A stretch of DNA of 64,000 bases from Desulfuromonadales bacterium (GCA_033549025.1 JAWSUS010000003.1:96001-160000), one strand, 5' to 3'; shown: positions 41,141 through 53,726, counted from the first letter of the stretch. Numbers and translations: made by a program. Notes: generated by a model not told the origin, from the sequence alone.

Positions 41141-42190
41141 CTACTGGGCCATTTTGACCAATTTATCCAGCTTCTGCAAGGCCTGCCTCGAGTCAATGGC
41201 AGCGGCCGCCATGGCCAGACCATCGGCCGGCGTTTCAACCTTGCCGGCAGCACACAGGGCGTAGGCAGCATTGAGCAGAACGATATCCCGTTTGGGCCCT
41301 TTTTCGCCGGAGAGAACGGCTCGTACAATTTTGGCATTACCCTGGGCATTGCCGCCGCGGAGATCTTCCATGGTGCAGCGTGTCAGCCCGAATTCCTCCG
41401 GCGTGATGCGCTTCACCTGCACACCGCTCTCGTCCACCGTGGCCACAACGGTCGCATCGGTCAGAGTAATCTCATCCATGCCATCGAGACCATGAACAAC
41501 AAAACCGCGCCGGCAGCCCAGTTTATGCAGCACCCAGCCCAGGGTCTCGACCATATCCTCGCGGTAAACCCCCATAACCTGACAATCGGCTTTCGCCGGA
41601 TTGGTCAACGGTCCAAGAATATTGAAGATGGTGCGAATGCCGATCTCTTTCCGGGGACCGATGGCGTGCTTCATGGCCCCATGAAGCGCCGGAGCAAAAA
41701 GAAAGCCGACACCGATTTCATTAACACAGCGTTCGACGACATCCGGAGTGACGTCGAGGTTGACACCGAGGGCCTCCAGGACGTCGGCACTGCCGCAGGC
41801 CGACGAAACGGAACGATTCCCGTGTTTCGCTACTTTAACACCACAGGCGGAAACGACAAAGGAAACGGTGGTCGAGATATTGAAGGTATTGGTGCAGTCT
41901 CCACCCGTACCCACCACATCCAGGATGGTTTCCTGATCGATATTAATATCATCGCGGTCAATATCCAGGACGTTGCGCCCAACCCGGATCGGCGTCGCCC
42001 TCTCCCGCATGACTTTAGCCGCACCGGTGATTTCATCAACCGTCTCCCCCTTCATGCGCAGGGCGGTGATAAAAGACCCGATCTGAGCCGGGGTCGCTCC
42101 TCCCGACATAATCTGATCCATCACGTCCACCATCTCTCCCATGGTGAGATCCTGGTGTTCGACTACTTTGGCAATAGCCATTTTGATCAT
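41141..42190 (-). CDS. trpD: Anthranilate phosphoribosyltransferase
   Basis: [36 protein letters not shown]. Confidence 0.96.
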   Translation of the reverse strand: MIKMAIAKVVEHQDLTMGEMVDVMDQIMSGGATPAQIGSFITALRMKGETVDEITGAAKVMRERATPIRVGRNVLDIDRDDINIDQETILDVVGTGGDCTNTFNISTTVSFVVSACGVKVAKHGNRSVSSACGSADVLEALGVNLDVTPDVVERCVNEIGVGFLFAPALHGAMKHAIGPRKEIGIRTIFNILGPLTNPAKADCQVMGVYREDMVETLGWVLHKLGCRRGFVVHGLDGMDEITLTDATVVATVDESGVQVKRITPEEFGLTRCTMEDLRGGNAQGNAKIVRAVLSGEKGPKRDIVLLNAAYALCAAGKVETPADGLAMAAAAIDSRQALQKLDKLVKMAQ

Positions 42191-42247
42191 GGCAACTCCT
42201 TCGGCTGAAACAGGGGAATCTTTTGTATCCCCCGGCTCGCCCTCTGG

Positions 42248-42814
42248 TCAGGTCATTTTCAGAAAATTGGCAAGCAACGTCTTACCCTCGGCCGTCAGAA
42301 TGGACTCGGGATGGAACTGCACTCCCCACAGGGGCCGCTGACGGTGTTCGAGTCCCATGATGGTGCCGTCATCCACCCAGGCGGTCACGTGCAAGCAATC
42401 CGGCAGACTCTCCCGTTCAACGATCAAGGAGTGATAACGAGTGGCCACAAAAGGATTGGACAGCCCGGCAAAGACGCCACTGTTGTCGTGCCGTATCAGG
42501 CTGGTCTTTCCGTGCATAAGCTCGGCAGCCCTGACCACCTTTCCCCCAAAAGCGTAGCCGATGGACTGATGTCCCAGGCAGACGCCGAGCATGGGGATGG
42601 AATCCGACAGCGTCTTTATCAGCTCAACCGAGATGCCCGCTTCGGTCGGAGAACAAGGTCCCGGAGAAATAACGATGCGGCGGGGCCTGAGGGCAGCAAT
42701 TTCACCAATTGTTATCTGGTCGTTGCGGCGCACCACGACCTCTGCCCCCAACTCCTGCAGATACTGGACGAGGTTGTAGGTAAAAGAATCGTAGTTGTCC
42801 AGCATCAGCAGCAT
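42248..42814 (-). CDS. trpG: Anthranilate synthase component II
   Basis: [26 protein letters not shown]. Confidence 0.95.
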   Translation of the reverse strand: MLLMLDNYDSFTYNLVQYLQELGAEVVVRRNDQITIGEIAALRPRRIVISPGPCSPTEAGISVELIKTLSDSIPMLGVCLGHQSIGYAFGGKVVRAAELMHGKTSLIRHDNSGVFAGLSNPFVATRYHSLIVERESLPDCLHVTAWVDDGTIMGLEHRQRPLWGVQFHPESILTAEGKTLLANFLKMT

Positions 42815-44292
42815 CAGTCCAGACCTCCACAGGCCATGTCAATCGCCTTGCGAACCCCCATGGCTTTATTGATTGTCTCCTGATACTCAGCCTCTGGATC
42901 CGAGTCAGCCACGATGCCGGCGCCAGCCTGCAGATAGATTTTGCCTTCGTGCACCACCAGAGTACGGATGGCGATAGCCATATCCATATTGCCCGAAAAG
43001 GAAAAGTAACCGACCGCACCGCCGTATATCTCGCGTCGACAGGGCTCGAGTTCATCGATTATTTCCATGGCTCTAATCTTGGGTGCCCCGGACAGGGTCC
43101 CGGCCGGAAAAGCCGCCCGAAAAACGTCGAAGGCATCCTGCCCTTCCTCCAATTGCCCACGGACGTTGGAAACAATGTGCATGACATGGGAGTAACGCTC
43201 GACCACCATCAATTCACTGACTTCAACGGTACCAGGACGGGAAACACGACCCACGTCATTGCGACCGAGATCGACCAGCATGATGTGCTCGGCCCTTTCT
43301 TTGGGGTCTTTGAGCAATTCTTGCTCTAGGCGCCTGTCTTCTTCTGGCGTAGTCCCCCTGGGTCTGGTCCCGGCGATGGGGCGTACTTCGATACGATCCT
43401 CTTCCTTGCGAACAAGGACTTCCGGAGAGGCGCCTATCACCATGGTGGAACCGAAGCGTAAGAAGAACATATACGGGGAAGGATTAATCGTACGAAGAGC
43501 GCGGTAGATGTCGAAGGGATCACAGACCAGATCGCCGGAAAAGCGCTGAGACAGCACCACCTGAAAAATATCTCCAGCCCGAATATACTCTTTGCACTGC
43601 TCAACAGCGGCCTGAAAGGCGCCGGCAGGGAAATTGACGTCCAGCGGACTTCCTGCAACGGCAGTCTTTGCCATCCGCGGAGCCGAGCCGACGCGAAGCT
43701 TTTCGACAAGAGCATCGACACCGGCCAGTCCCCGTCGGTAGGCGACATCGGCGTCCTCACCCGGCTGTACGTGAACATTGCAGACAACCTTGATCTTCTG
43801 ACGCATGTTGTCAAAAATGAGCAATTGCTCGGTCAACATGAAGCATGAGTCAGGCGCGCCAATACACTTCGGGTTGGTATCCGGAAGACGTTCGATAAAA
43901 CGAATCATATCGTAGCCGAGATAGCCGACAGCGCCACCAAAAAAACGGGGCAATTCAGGTAGGTCTACGGGTCGATAAGGTGCCAGGAATTGGCGGAGTT
44001 CATCGAGAGGATCCGATGTCTCACCAGAACGGAGAATGGAGTCTCCCTCAAGAATCTCGAAATAATGCCCACTGGAACGAAAAACCTTGGCGGGACCACT
44101 CCCCAAAAAGGAGTATCGGGCCCACTTCTCCCCCCCCTCGATACTTTCGAGCAAAAAAGAGGTCTGACCATCATCAATTTTACGAAAGGCGGAAACAGGC
44201 GTTTCCATATCGGCGAGAATATCGCGGCAGACAGGAATAAGATTGCCTTCTCGGGTCAGGGAACGGAACTGTTCCAAAGAAGGATAATACAT
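42814..44292 (-). CDS. trpE: Anthranilate synthase component I
   Basis: [39 protein letters not shown]. Confidence 0.96.
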   Translation of the reverse strand: MYYPSLEQFRSLTREGNLIPVCRDILADMETPVSAFRKIDDGQTSFLLESIEGGEKWARYSFLGSGPAKVFRSSGHYFEILEGDSILRSGETSDPLDELRQFLAPYRPVDLPELPRFFGGAVGYLGYDMIRFIERLPDTNPKCIGAPDSCFMLTEQLLIFDNMRQKIKVVCNVHVQPGEDADVAYRRGLAGVDALVEKLRVGSAPRMAKTAVAGSPLDVNFPAGAFQAAVEQCKEYIRAGDIFQVVLSQRFSGDLVCDPFDIYRALRTINPSPYMFFLRFGSTMVIGASPEVLVRKEEDRIEVRPIAGTRPRGTTPEEDRRLEQELLKDPKERAEHIMLVDLGRNDVGRVSRPGTVEVSELMVVERYSHVMHIVSNVRGQLEEGQDAFDVFRAAFPAGTLSGAPKIRAMEIIDELEPCRREIYGGAVGYFSFSGNMDMAIAIRTLVVHEGKIYLQAGAGIVADSDPEAEYQETINKAMGVRKAIDMACGGLD

Positions 44293-44319
44293 CGGGACTC
44301 CAAGGGAAAAAGGTGGGAC

Positions 44320-44349
44320 AAACTAGCACGAAACCAGAACCACCGTCAA
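44320..44349 (-). promoter_or_regulatory. Putative trp operon promoter
   Basis: TTGACG-18 nt-TAGTTT with TGn extension, 27 nt before the trpE ATG. Confidence 0.5.
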
Positions 44350-44401
44350 GACGCGAGGCCCCAGAAGGGAGCCACCCGGTATTTTATAATCCTCCTCAAC
44401 G

Positions 44402-44435
44402 ACAAAGGGCAAGGAGTCGACTCCTTGCCCTTTGT
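44402..44435. terminator. Perfect 34-bp palindrome ending the ribosomal supercluster
   Basis: ACAAAGGGCAAGGAGTC|GACTCCTTGCCCTTTGT, 25 nt after the rplQ stop. Confidence 0.75.
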
Positions 44436-44460
44436 TACCATTCAGCAATATGCGAGGCCC

Positions 44461-44940
44461 TTAGGCCTTTTCCTCTTCTGACTCTCCCTTTTCAGGAGCA
44501 GCAGCCTCTTCCGAAACCACTTCTTCTGCCTTTACCGCGGGGGCAGCAGGAGCAGCGGCGGCTTTACGAGGACGAGGGGTAAACTCTTCTTCTACCAGCT
44601 CGACAATCGCCATCGGAGCGTTATCACCAAGACGACTGCCGACCTTGAAGATACGGGTATAACCACCGGGGCGATCCTTGTATCGGGGCGCTACCATATC
44701 AAAAAGCTTGGCAACCGCCTTGCGCTCGCGCATAACAGCGAGAGCCTGGCGGCGGGCATGCAGATCTCCGCGTTTCCCGAGGGTGATCATCTTTTCAGCG
44801 ATCTTGCGAAGTTCCTTGGCCCTGGCATCGGTAGTAGTGATCTTCTCATGCATAATGAGAGAGGTCACCATATTGCGCATCATGGCCGAACGGTGGCTGG
44901 AGTTGCGGCCAAGCCGTTTTCCAGATTTATTGTGACGCAT
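44461..44940 (-). CDS. rplQ: 50S ribosomal protein L17
   Basis: MRH...[20 protein letters not shown]; Ala/Glu-rich tail. Confidence 0.97.
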   Translation of the reverse strand: MRHNKSGKRLGRNSSHRSAMMRNMVTSLIMHEKITTTDARAKELRKIAEKMITLGKRGDLHARRQALAVMRERKAVAKLFDMVAPRYKDRPGGYTRIFKVGSRLGDNAPMAIVELVEEEFTPRPRKAAAAPAAPAVKAEEVVSEEAAAPEKGESEEEKA

Positions 44941-44981
44941 TGTTTTCGGGTCCTTTCTTCTTTATTCCTCGGAAGGAGAAA

Positions 44982-45998
44982 CTATTCTTCTTCGCTCCCC
45001 TTTTGGATCATCTTGAGATATTCGGGATCCGGGAAATTATCCAGTTTCATACCCAGAGTCAGGTCCATTTCAGCCAGGATATCTTTGATTTCATTCAAAG
45101 ATTTTCTGCCAAAATTCTGGGTTTTAAGCATTTCGGCTTCACTGCGCTGCACCAGGTCTCCAATAAGATGGATGTTGGCGTTTTTAAGGCAGTTGGCACT
45201 ACGAACGGACAACTCGAGTTCATCAACGCTACGGTAGAGATTTTCGTTGATCTTCCGACCTTCTTCAGGAACTTCCTGCGCAGCGGGCTCAAGATTTTCA
45301 TCAAAATTGATGAAAATCTGCAGTTGTTCTTTCAGAATCTTGGCCGCATAGGCCACCGCGTCATCAGGTCTCACACTGCCATCGGTCGCCACTTCCAGAG
45401 TCAGTTTATCGTAATCGGTAATCTGCCCGACCCTGGCATTGGCAACGGTAAAATTCACCTTTTTGATCGGTGAAAAGATGGAATCAATGGGAATGGTTCC
45501 CACTGGAGCCCGTTCGTCCCGATTGCGATCGGCCGGCACATAGCCCTTGCCAAGCGCGACCACCATGTCCATCTCCACATCGGCTTCCTTGGAGCAGGTG
45601 GCGATATGATGATCGGGGTTGAGAACTTCGACCTGCGAATCAGTAATGATATCACCAGCGGTGATAACACCGGCACCCTTTTTTACGATGCGGATATTCC
45701 GGCTCTCATTCCCGTGAAGCTTCAGAAGAACTCCCTTGAGATTGAGAATGATGTCGGTCACGTCCTCGGTCACCCCAGGAACAGTTGAGAATTCGTGCAG
45801 AACCCCCTTGATACGAACCGATGTAATAGCTGCCCCCTGCAAAGAGGAAAGCAGAATACGACGCAAGGAGTTCCCAAGAGTGGTGGCAAAACCACGCCCG
45901 AAAGGTTCAGCAAAAAACTTCCCGTAGGTATCGGTCAGACTGTCCGACTCAATCTGGAGGCGCTTAGGCTTGATGAGATCTCTCCAGTTTTTATACAT
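44982..45998 (-). CDS. rpoA: RNA polymerase alpha subunit
   Basis: [36 protein letters not shown]. Confidence 0.98.
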   Translation of the reverse strand: MYKNWRDLIKPKRLQIESDSLTDTYGKFFAEPFGRGFATTLGNSLRRILLSSLQGAAITSVRIKGVLHEFSTVPGVTEDVTDIILNLKGVLLKLHGNESRNIRIVKKGAGVITAGDIITDSQVEVLNPDHHIATCSKEADVEMDMVVALGKGYVPADRNRDERAPVGTIPIDSIFSPIKKVNFTVANARVGQITDYDKLTLEVATDGSVRPDDAVAYAAKILKEQLQIFINFDENLEPAAQEVPEEGRKINENLYRSVDELELSVRSANCLKNANIHLIGDLVQRSEAEMLKTQNFGRKSLNEIKDILAEMDLTLGMKLDNFPDPEYLKMIQKGSEEE

Positions 45999-46045
45999 TC
46001 GTATCCTCCGTAATGAGGTTACATCAGCGGACTGCCAAGATTAAA

Positions 46046-46675
46046 TTACTTGGAGTACAGTTCGACAATGAGGTGTTCTTGGAATTCAGGTGTGGTCATC
46101 TCTTCACGCACGGGCAAAGTTTTAACAGTACCCTTGAAAGCATCCCGCTCCAACTCAACCCAAGTGGGAATGCCGCGGCGCATCACACCATCCAACGCCT
46201 CATTGATTCGAACAATTTTCCGACTTTTCTCTTTGAGTTCAATCACATCGCCGATACGAACAAGGTAGGAAGGGATATTAACCTTGCGTCCATTAACGAG
46301 GAAATGCCCCTGGCGAACCAACAGGCGCCCCTCATTACGGGAAGTGGCGAAACCCATGCGGTAAACCATGCTATCCAGCCGCCTTTCGAGCAGCATCAGG
46401 AGGTTTTCACCCGTAACCCCCTTCATGCGGTCCGCCTTATCGAAGGTGGCCCTAAACTGCTTTTCAACCAGCCCGTAAGTACGTTTGACCTTCTGTTTGG
46501 CGCGCAACTGGGTACCGTAGTCCGTAACCTTGGTGCGCCCCTGACCATGCTGACCCGGAGCGTAATTGCGGCGCTCCAAAGAGCATTTATCCGTATGGCA
46601 TCTGTCCCCCTTAAGGAACAGTTTAGCATTTTCTCTCCTGCACAAGCGGCAGACAGGACCTGTATATCTAGCCAA
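46046..46675 (-). CDS. rpsD: 30S ribosomal protein S4
   Basis: [35 protein letters not shown] start. Confidence 0.98.
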   Translation of the reverse strand: MARYTGPVCRLCRRENAKLFLKGDRCHTDKCSLERRNYAPGQHGQGRTKVTDYGTQLRAKQKVKRTYGLVEKQFRATFDKADRMKGVTGENLLMLLERRLDSMVYRMGFATSRNEGRLLVRQGHFLVNGRKVNIPSYLVRIGDVIELKEKSRKIVRINEALDGVMRRGIPTWVELERDAFKGTVKTLPVREEMTTPEFQEHLIVELYSK

Positions 46676-46696
46676 CGTTCGTCCTCCTTATCTCGT

Positions 46697-47092
46697 TTAG
46701 ACTCTTCTGCGTTTGGGCGGCCGGCAGCCGTTGTGGGGAATCGGGGTCACATCTTTAATCATCGTGATGTTGAGCCCGGCAGACTGCAAAGCGCGCAGGG
46801 CGGATTCGCGACCAGACCCAGGCCCTTTTACGTAAGCAATAAGGCTGCGCATACCATGCTCCATGGCTTTTTTGGCCGCATCCTCAGCCGCGACCTGAGC
46901 CGCGAAAGGCGTGCTTTTACGAGAGCCTTTGAAGTTTTTAGCACCACAGGTCGACCAGGAGATGACGTTTCCGGCAGGATCGGTAATGGTGATAATCGTA
47001 TTGTTAAAAGTTGCCTGAATGTGAGCAACCCCATTGGCGATGTTCTTTTTTTCTACTTTTTTTCTAACGACTTTCTTTCCTGGCTTAGCCAT
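46697..47092 (-). CDS. rpsK: 30S ribosomal protein S11
   Basis: [27 protein letters not shown]. Confidence 0.98.
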   Translation of the reverse strand: MAKPGKKVVRKKVEKKNIANGVAHIQATFNNTIITITDPAGNVISWSTCGAKNFKGSRKSTPFAAQVAAEDAAKKAMEHGMRSLIAYVKGPGSGRESALRALQSAGLNITMIKDVTPIPHNGCRPPKRRRV

Positions 47093-47103
47093 GCTTCCTC
47101 CAG

Positions 47104-47472
47104 TTATTTCTTCTTGCCGGCGACAGTCTTGCGAGGACCTTTCCGGGTGCGAGCATTGGTCTTGGTTTTCTGTCCACGAACAGGAAGCCCGCGTCTGTGC
47201 CGAAGACCGCGGTAGCAGCCAAGATCCATCAGGCGCTTGATGTTCATGGAGATCTCACGGCGAAGATCCCCTTCAACCCGAAATTCGCGGTCGATGATTT
47301 CACGAATCTTGGCAACTTCTGCCTCAGTCAGGTCATCAGTCCGAGTATTTCCATCCACCCCAGCTTTGGCAAGAATCTCCTGGGAGGAGGATCGGCCGAT
47401 ACCATAAATATAGGTGAGGGCAATCTCACTTCTCTTATTTCTCGGTAAGTCGATACCAGCAATACGTGCCAA
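47104..47472 (-). CDS. rpsM: 30S ribosomal protein S13
   Basis: [33 protein letters not shown] start. Confidence 0.98.
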   Translation of the reverse strand: MARIAGIDLPRNKRSEIALTYIYGIGRSSSQEILAKAGVDGNTRTDDLTEAEVAKIREIIDREFRVEGDLRREISMNIKRLMDLGCYRGLRHRRGLPVRGQKTKTNARTRKGPRKTVAGKKK

Positions 47473-47492
47473 TGTCTTTTCCTCCTAATACC

Positions 47493-47606
47493 TTAACCTT
47501 GTTTCTGCTTATGCTTGGGATTTTCACAGATGATCCGGACAATGCCTTTACGCTTAATCACTTTGCACTTATCGCAGATCGCCTTAACCGAAGCTCGGAC
47601 TTTCAT
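47493..47606 (-). CDS. rpmJ: 50S ribosomal protein L36 (absent from the ORF track)
   Basis: [37 protein letters not shown], 37 aa. Confidence 0.97.
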   Translation of the reverse strand: MKVRASVKAICDKCKVIKRKGIVRIICENPKHKQKQG

Positions 47607-47687
47607 CGTATGTTCCTTTACTGAAAATGAAGTATCAAAAACGTCAGAGCCAACCCGGATATATTTATTTCCAAGCCGCCCTTCGAC

Positions 47688-48434
47688 CTACAAAGCTGTC
47701 AAAATTTCTGGTCCATTATCGGTCAAGGCAACAGTGTGTTCAAAATGCGCCGACAATTTTCCGTCAACAGTAACCGCCGTCCAGCCGTCGTCCAGTATTT
47801 TTACCCCAGGGAGCCCGGCGTTGATCATGGGCTCGATGGCAAAAGTCATGCCCGCTCTTAATTTTGTCCCTTGCCCAGGCGGCCCAAAATTGGGGATTTG
47901 GGGATCTTCATGCAATTGTCGCCCGATGCCGTGACCGACAAATTCACGAACAACACTAAAACCTTCGTTTTCGGCACAAACCTGAACCGCATGGGAGATA
48001 TCCGTCAACCTACCGTGCACCACGGCGGCGGAGATACCTTTTTGCAGTGACTTTTCTGTGACTTCAAGAAGCCGCCCGGCTTCGTCACCAATCCGGCCTA
48101 CAGGCAGAGTAATAGCGGCATCCCCATAGAAACCCTTATACAAGACGCCAAAATCAATACTCAGAATGTCGCCTTCCTTCAGGGGCTCCCGATTTGAAAA
48201 CCCGTGGACCACCTTTTCATTCGGTGAGGCACAAATCGTATAAGGAAAGCCGCCATACCCCTTGAAGGCGGCTTTTACGTTTCGCCTTTTACACTCTTTC
48301 TCAGCAAGTTGATCCAGCTCAATCGTCGTGATACCTGGCGCGGCGTTTTCTTTTAGAACCGCCAATATTTCTGCGACGATCTGGCCGGCTCCACGCATAA
48401 GGACCAGTTCCTGTTTGGTCTTGATGCTAACCAC
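47688..48434 (-). CDS. map: Methionine aminopeptidase type I
   Basis: VVHG, DFG...GDAA, GHGIG..LHEDP, AIEPM, SAHFEHT; GTG start 48434. Confidence 0.96.
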   Translation of the reverse strand: MVSIKTKQELVLMRGAGQIVAEILAVLKENAAPGITTIELDQLAEKECKRRNVKAAFKGYGGFPYTICASPNEKVVHGFSNREPLKEGDILSIDFGVLYKGFYGDAAITLPVGRIGDEAGRLLEVTEKSLQKGISAAVVHGRLTDISHAVQVCAENEGFSVVREFVGHGIGRQLHEDPQIPNFGPPGQGTKLRAGMTFAIEPMINAGLPGVKILDDGWTAVTVDGKLSAHFEHTVALTDNGPEILTAL

Positions 48435-48435
48435 G

Positions 48436-49083
48436 TCACTTCGCTGCGAGGACGACAAGGATCTTGTTTTTGACGACCTGAATATCCTGCATGCCATCGA
48501 TAGCATGAAGCAGACCGGCCGACCCGTAATACGCGACAAGTGGTTCAGTCTGAGCGCGATAAACCTCTAAGCGCTTACGGATGGTCTCTTCCTTGTCATC
48601 GTCACGCTGAACGAGTTCACCCTGACAGGCATCACACTTACCGGCAACAGCGGGAGGATCAAACTTGATGTGAAAACCACGACCACAGTCGCGGCAGGTC
48701 CGACGACCAGTCAAGCGCTCCACAAGGGCCTCAGGATCCACCTCAAGGGAGATAACCGCATCGAGATTCTTATCTAAATCGGCCAAAGAATCCCTAAGAG
48801 CATCGGCCTGAGCGACGGTACGGGGAAAGCCATCAAGAATGAACCCATTTTGACAGTCGGCCTGTTGCAGTCTCTCACGTACAATCCCAACCACGACCTC
48901 ATCGGGGACAAGACCACCCGCGTCCATGAAGCTTTTGGCCTTCACCCCCATGGGAGTCCCATCTTTAACAGCTGCCCGCAGAATATCGCCGGTAGAAATC
49001 TGAGGGATCTGATATTGCCCTGTAAGCATTTTAGCCTGGGTACCCTTACCCGCTCCGGGAGGCCCAAGTAGAATAAGTTTCAT
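48436..49083 (-). CDS. adk: Adenylate kinase (Zn-LID type)
   Basis: GPPGAGKGTQA, ISTGD, LDGFPRT, CRDC...CDAC. Confidence 0.98.
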   Translation of the reverse strand: MKLILLGPPGAGKGTQAKMLTGQYQIPQISTGDILRAAVKDGTPMGVKAKSFMDAGGLVPDEVVVGIVRERLQQADCQNGFILDGFPRTVAQADALRDSLADLDKNLDAVISLEVDPEALVERLTGRRTCRDCGRGFHIKFDPPAVAGKCDACQGELVQRDDDKEETIRKRLEVYRAQTEPLVAYYGSAGLLHAIDGMQDIQVVKNKILVVLAAK

Positions 49084-49100
49084 CTCGTCAAATCCTTAAA

Positions 49101-50411
49101 TCAACCACGACGTCCCTTGATGGTCACACCTTTCATAAAACCCTCGTAGGAGCGGGAGATAAGGTGCGCCTCGATCTGGGAAGCCGTATCGAGACCGACG
49201 CCAACAACGATCAACAGCGAGGTTCCGCCAAAATAAAATGGCACATTGAACTGCCCGATCAAGATTGTCGGCAAAACACACACAGCGGAAACATACATGG
49301 CCCCAGCAAAGGTGATCCTGCTGAGCACCGTGTCAATGTGCTCGGCGGTCGCCTTTCCAGGCCTCACACCAGGAATGTAGCCACCCTGCTTCTTGATATT
49401 ATCCGCGACATCCACTGGGTTGAAAGTCACAGCCGTGTAGAAATAACAAAAGAAAATTATAAATGCAACGAAAAAAACATTGTAGAGCCAGTGATCCGGC
49501 GTCATCATGGCGGCCACAGTCTGAACCCAGGGCACATCCACCAGGTTGGCGACAGTTGCAGGGAACATGATGATGGAGCTGGCAAAAATTGGCGGTATGA
49601 CACCGCTCATATTGACTTTGAGAGGCAGGTGGCTTGTCTGCCCGCCGTAATTGCGCATACCGACCACACGCTTGGCGTAATGGATCGGTACCCGCCGCTG
49701 TCCCCTCTCCATGAAAATGATTGCCGCCACCACCGCAACCATGACGGCAAGAATCAGGAGGATCATGAAGATGGTCAGTTCTCCGGTGTTGAACAGCCGG
49801 ACGCTGTTAACAATAGCGGAGGGCATGTTTGCCACAATGCCGGCAAAGATGATCAATGAGATGCCATTGCCGATGCCACGCTCCGTAATCTGTTCACCCA
49901 GCCACATGATAAAAGCCGTACCCGCCGTCAGGGTGATGATCGTGAGCAAAATAAAGCCCATCCCTTGGTTCGGCACGACAAGTTCACCGGCGGGACCGCG
50001 CATGGTTTGCAAACCAACGGCAATCCCGGCGCCCTGAATGACCGACAGGACGATGGTCCCGTAGCGGGTCCACTTGGTAATGGTTTTTCGACCCTGCTCA
50101 CCCTCCTTGGACAGTCGTTCGACCGGCTCAAAGACCACGGTCAACAACTGCAGAATGATAGATGCGCTGATATAGGGCATGATCCCCAGCGCAAAAACCG
50201 TCATTCTTTCGAGAGCACCGCCAGTAAAGGCACTGACCAGGCCAAGAAGGGTCCCCTGGGTTCCCTCGAAAAATTTGGCGAGAACCTGGGCATCCACCCC
50301 GGGAGTAGGCACATGGCAGCCCACACGATAGACAGCCAGCATTCCAAGGGTGAAGAGAATCCGTCTTCTTAATTCAGGAATATTGAAGATATTCTGGATG
50401 CTGGATATCAA
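49101..50411 (-). CDS. secY: Preprotein translocase SecY
   Basis: [46 protein letters not shown]; probable TTG start 50411. Confidence 0.97.
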   Translation of the reverse strand: MISSIQNIFNIPELRRRILFTLGMLAVYRVGCHVPTPGVDAQVLAKFFEGTQGTLLGLVSAFTGGALERMTVFALGIMPYISASIILQLLTVVFEPVERLSKEGEQGRKTITKWTRYGTIVLSVIQGAGIAVGLQTMRGPAGELVVPNQGMGFILLTIITLTAGTAFIMWLGEQITERGIGNGISLIIFAGIVANMPSAIVNSVRLFNTGELTIFMILLILAVMVAVVAAIIFMERGQRRVPIHYAKRVVGMRNYGGQTSHLPLKVNMSGVIPPIFASSIIMFPATVANLVDVPWVQTVAAMMTPDHWLYNVFFVAFIIFFCYFYTAVTFNPVDVADNIKKQGGYIPGVRPGKATAEHIDTVLSRITFAGAMYVSAVCVLPTILIGQFNVPFYFGGTSLLIVVGVGLDTASQIEAHLISRSYEGFMKGVTIKGRRG

Positions 50412-50412
50412 T

Positions 50413-50853
50413 TTAAATAACCTCGGCTTTGCCACCTGCGGCTTCAATTTTCTCCGCGGCAGACTTGCTGAATTTGTGGGCTTTTACAGTCAGGGCCTTG
50501 GTAAGTTCACCGTCGCCGAGAATCTTGATGCCGTCACAGACATCAGTCACCAGGCGAGCCTTGCCAAAGGCTTCAAGGTCAACAACCGAACCAGCCTCAA
50601 AAACCTCAAGGTCCTTAAGGTTGACCAAGGCATAGACCTTTTTGTTAAGCGACCGAAAACCTCTTTTAGGCAGGCGGCGCTGCAAGGGCATTTGCCCCCC
50701 CTCGAAGCCAGGCTTCACGCTACCACCCGAACGGGCCTTTTGTCCCTTGTGCCCTTTACCGGCAGTCTTGCCGGTTCCAGACCCGGGTCCCCGTCCAATG
50801 CGTTTTCTATTTTTTGTAGAACCGTAGGCCGGTTGCAGATTACTTAAATCCAT
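50413..50853 (-). CDS. rplO: 50S ribosomal protein L15
   Basis: [26 protein letters not shown]. Confidence 0.98.
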   Translation of the reverse strand: MDLSNLQPAYGSTKNRKRIGRGPGSGTGKTAGKGHKGQKARSGGSVKPGFEGGQMPLQRRLPKRGFRSLNKKVYALVNLKDLEVFEAGSVVDLEAFGKARLVTDVCDGIKILGDGELTKALTVKAHKFSKSAAEKIEAAGGKAEVI

Positions 50854-50873
50854 GTCAATTCTTCCTTATTGAA

Positions 50874-51056
50874 TCACTCTTCGACGAGGACCATGTGGGA
50901 GACCTTGTTGATCATCCCGCGAATCTCAGGAGTATCCTTAAGAACCACGGTCTGATGCAACTTGGTCAAGCCGAGCCCCTTAAGTACTTGAGTGAAATAA
51001 GCCTTACGACCAATTCCGCTCTTTTTCAGAGTCACTTTTATCTCTGGAGCCATCAT
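50874..51056 (-). CDS. rpmD: 50S ribosomal protein L30
   Basis: KVTLKKS.IG, GLGL, IRGMINKVSH; position in the spc operon. Confidence 0.95.
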   Translation of the reverse strand: MMAPEIKVTLKKSGIGRKAYFTQVLKGLGLTKLHQTVVLKDTPEIRGMINKVSHMVLVEE

Positions 51057-51076
51057 CCATTCTCCTTCTTTGGGCC

Positions 51077-51574
51077 TTACTCAGCGGAGGCAACACCACG
51101 GCGCTGAAGAATCTCTTCCGCACTTTTAAGTTGCTCCAACGCATTGAAAGTCGCCTTGACAACATTGTGCGGGTTGTTGGACCCAAGGCACTTGGAAAGG
51201 ATATCGCCGACACCCGCCACCTCGAGGACAGCACGGGCTGCGCCGCCTGCGATAACACCAGTACCTTGAGAAGCAGGGCGCAACAAGACCTTGCCAGCTC
51301 CAAACTTGCCAATAATGTCAAAGGGAATGGTACGGTCCTTAAGAGGAACCCGAATCAGCGACTTCTTGGCTTGTTCAACCCCTTTGCGGATTGCTTCAGG
51401 CACTTCCTTGGCTTTACCAAGACCATAACCTACGTAACCTTGCCCGTCTCCAACCACTACAAGAGCGGAGAAACTGAAACGGCGCCCGCCTTTAACGACC
51501 TTGGCGCAACGGTTAATATGAATGACCCTGTCGGTCAGATTTAGCTCATTGGGATCGATGCGATGCAAAGACAT
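51077..51574 (-). CDS. rpsE: 30S ribosomal protein S5
   Basis: [27 protein letters not shown]. Confidence 0.98.
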   Translation of the reverse strand: MSLHRIDPNELNLTDRVIHINRCAKVVKGGRRFSFSALVVVGDGQGYVGYGLGKAKEVPEAIRKGVEQAKKSLIRVPLKDRTIPFDIIGKFGAGKVLLRPASQGTGVIAGGAARAVLEVAGVGDILSKCLGSNNPHNVVKATFNALEQLKSAEEILQRRGVASAE

Positions 51575-51584
51575 CCTCCTTTAC

Positions 51585-51953
51585 CTAAAAAGACAGACCG
51601 GTTTCCCGAGCCGCCTCGGCAAGCGCCTTGACGCGACCATGGTACAAAAACCCATTGCGGTCAAACACAACCTGCTTGATGTTTTTCTCAAGGGCCATCT
51701 TGGCGATAGCCCGGCCCACAGCCTTTGCTGACTCTATATTTCCGCTGCTCGTCCCAGCTTCCACGATGCCGTCATTGACAGTACCAGCGGACGCAAGAGT
51801 CGTTCCGTTAGTGTCCTCAATGATCTGGGCATAGATATGTTTGGCGCTCCTGAAAACACAAAGACGGGGGCGTTCAACCGTTCCACGAACCTTTTGGCGC
51901 ACCCGAATTTTGCGTTTGATACGTGCCAGGGACCTTTCTTTTGCGATGCTCAC
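51585..51953 (-). CDS. rplR: 50S ribosomal protein L18
   Basis: [28 protein letters not shown]. Confidence 0.98.
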   Translation of the reverse strand: MSIAKERSLARIKRKIRVRQKVRGTVERPRLCVFRSAKHIYAQIIEDTNGTTLASAGTVNDGIVEAGTSSGNIESAKAVGRAIAKMALEKNIKQVVFDRNGFLYHGRVKALAEAARETGLSF

Positions 51954-51979
51954 AGTGTTTCTCCTTGACCTGTAATCAA

Positions 51980-52522
51980 TTATTTTTTACCGGTCTTGCC
52001 TGCTTTACGCAAAATCCGCTCATCAGCATACTTGATTCCCTTCCCCTTGTAGGGTTCAGGAGCTCGGAAAGAACGAATTTTTGCGGCTGTAGCGCCGACA
52101 AGCTGCTTATCTATCCCCTTCACTGTAACCTTGGTCTGTTTTTCGACCTCGACAGTGATGCCTTCGGGCAGGGGATATTCGACGGGATGCGAGTAACCCA
52201 GGGCGAGACTCAGCATCTTCCCTTTCAATTCGGCCCGGTAACCAACGCCATTGATTTCGAGCACTCTTTCGAAACCCTTGGTGACACCATCGACCATATT
52301 GGCGATAAGCGTCCGGGTCAGGCCCTGCAAAGCTCCACCCTGCTTGTTTCCCTCTGCAAGGGGAGAAACTTGGATATTACCGGAATCCACCTTGACTTCG
52401 ACATCCGTACTGATTGTCCTCTCCAGGTGGCCCTTTGGTCCCTTTACCCGAATAGCAGCCCCCGAGAGGGTCACTTCAACTCCGGCAGGGATGACGATGG
52501 GTTTTTTCCCTATTCTTGACAT
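51980..52522 (-). CDS. rplF: 50S ribosomal protein L6
   Basis: [23 protein letters not shown]. Confidence 0.98.
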   Translation of the reverse strand: MSRIGKKPIVIPAGVEVTLSGAAIRVKGPKGHLERTISTDVEVKVDSGNIQVSPLAEGNKQGGALQGLTRTLIANMVDGVTKGFERVLEINGVGYRAELKGKMLSLALGYSHPVEYPLPEGITVEVEKQTKVTVKGIDKQLVGATAAKIRSFRAPEPYKGKGIKYADERILRKAGKTGKK

Positions 52523-52548
52523 CCTCTATACTCCTTAAGCCGTAACGG

Positions 52549-52947
52549 TTACCAGACGGTACAAATGATCTCACCGCCAACCTGCGCCTCACGTGCGGCA
52601 ACGTCGTGGAGAACACCCCGTGAAGTGGATAGAATAGCGCAACCAAGCCCGTTCTTCACACTGGGGATTTCATCCTTACCCACGTATACGCGACGGCCAG
52701 GAGTAGACATCCGTTTAATTTCATGGATCACGTGCTTGTTATTATCATCAAATTTCAAATAAATCCGCAGGATGCCCTGTTTGTCGTCTTCTACGGTCTT
52801 GAAATTTTTGATGTAGCCGAGATCCTTCAGCACCTCGGCCAGTGCCACCTTCACCTTGGACATGGGCACGTCCACCTTTTGGTGCTTCGCCATTCCCGCA
52901 TTACGAATACGGGTAAGCATATCAGCTATAGGATCAGTCATTGCCAT
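52549..52947 (-). CDS. rpsH: 30S ribosomal protein S8
   Basis: [21 protein letters not shown]. Confidence 0.98.
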   Translation of the reverse strand: MAMTDPIADMLTRIRNAGMAKHQKVDVPMSKVKVALAEVLKDLGYIKNFKTVEDDKQGILRIYLKFDDNNKHVIHEIKRMSTPGRRVYVGKDEIPSVKNGLGCAILSTSRGVLHDVAAREAQVGGEIICTVW

Positions 52948-52964
52948 GGATGCAACTCCTCTTT

Positions 52965-53150
52965 TTACCAGCTTGATTTAACAACGCCGGGGATTTTACC
53001 GTCCAGCGCCAATTTGCGCAGGCAAATCCTGCACATATCAAATTTCCGATAGTATCCGCGCGAACGCCCGCACAATGGGCAGCGATTATAATTACGAACG
53101 CTGAATTTTTTAGGCCGCGCGGCCTTTATCATCATCGATTTTTTTGCCAC
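52965..53150 (-). CDS. rpsN: 30S ribosomal protein S14, zinc-binding type Z
   Basis: 61 aa, RCPLCGR...[12 protein letters not shown]. Confidence 0.97.
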   Translation of the reverse strand: MAKKSMMIKAARPKKFSVRNYNRCPLCGRSRGYYRKFDMCRICLRKLALDGKIPGVVKSSW

Positions 53151-53174
53151 CGTATACCTCCGCTATCTGATTCA

Positions 53175-53714
53175 CTATTTCCTGAAGGGCATCCCAAGTT
53201 GCGTCAGCAGAGCACGACCTTCTTCATCGTTACGCGCTGTCGTTACAATGGTGATATTGAGACCCTTGACCTTGTCGATTTTCTCGAGATCGATCTCAGG
53301 AAAAATCAGCTGTTCCTTGATCCCGAAGGTATAGTTGCCACGCCCGTCAAACGCCTTAGGAGAAACCCCCTTGAAATCTCTTACGCGAGGCAAGGCGACA
53401 TTGATGAGGCGATCCAGAAACTCAAAGGCTTTTTCCCGACGCAGAGTGACCATGCAACCAATGGGCATCCCCTCACGAAGCTTGAAGCCGGCGATGGATT
53501 TTTTGGCCTTGGTAATGACAGCTTTCTGTCCGGTAATGCGGCCAAGTTCCTCGACAGCAGATTCCAACACCTTGATATTCTGAATGGCTTCCCCAAGGCC
53601 CATGTTGATGACGACCTTTTCAACCCTGGGAACTTCCATTACGTTTTTAAGTTGCAGGTCCTTCATGAGCTGGGGAACCAGCTCGGCCTGGTAAATCCCT
53701 TTAAGTCTGGCCAT
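53175..53714 (-). CDS. rplE: 50S ribosomal protein L5
   Basis: [27 protein letters not shown]. Confidence 0.98.
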   Translation of the reverse strand: MARLKGIYQAELVPQLMKDLQLKNVMEVPRVEKVVINMGLGEAIQNIKVLESAVEELGRITGQKAVITKAKKSIAGFKLREGMPIGCMVTLRREKAFEFLDRLINVALPRVRDFKGVSPKAFDGRGNYTFGIKEQLIFPEIDLEKIDKVKGLNITIVTTARNDEEGRALLTQLGMPFRK

Positions 53715-53726
53715 GGAAATTCTCCG

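Noticed and set aside
41092..41349. Apparent N-terminal extension of TrpC in the ORF track (similar for prfC, map, LysR, DUF485, secY)
   Set aside because: The extensions overlap neighbouring genes or lack an SD; downstream starts give canonical lengths
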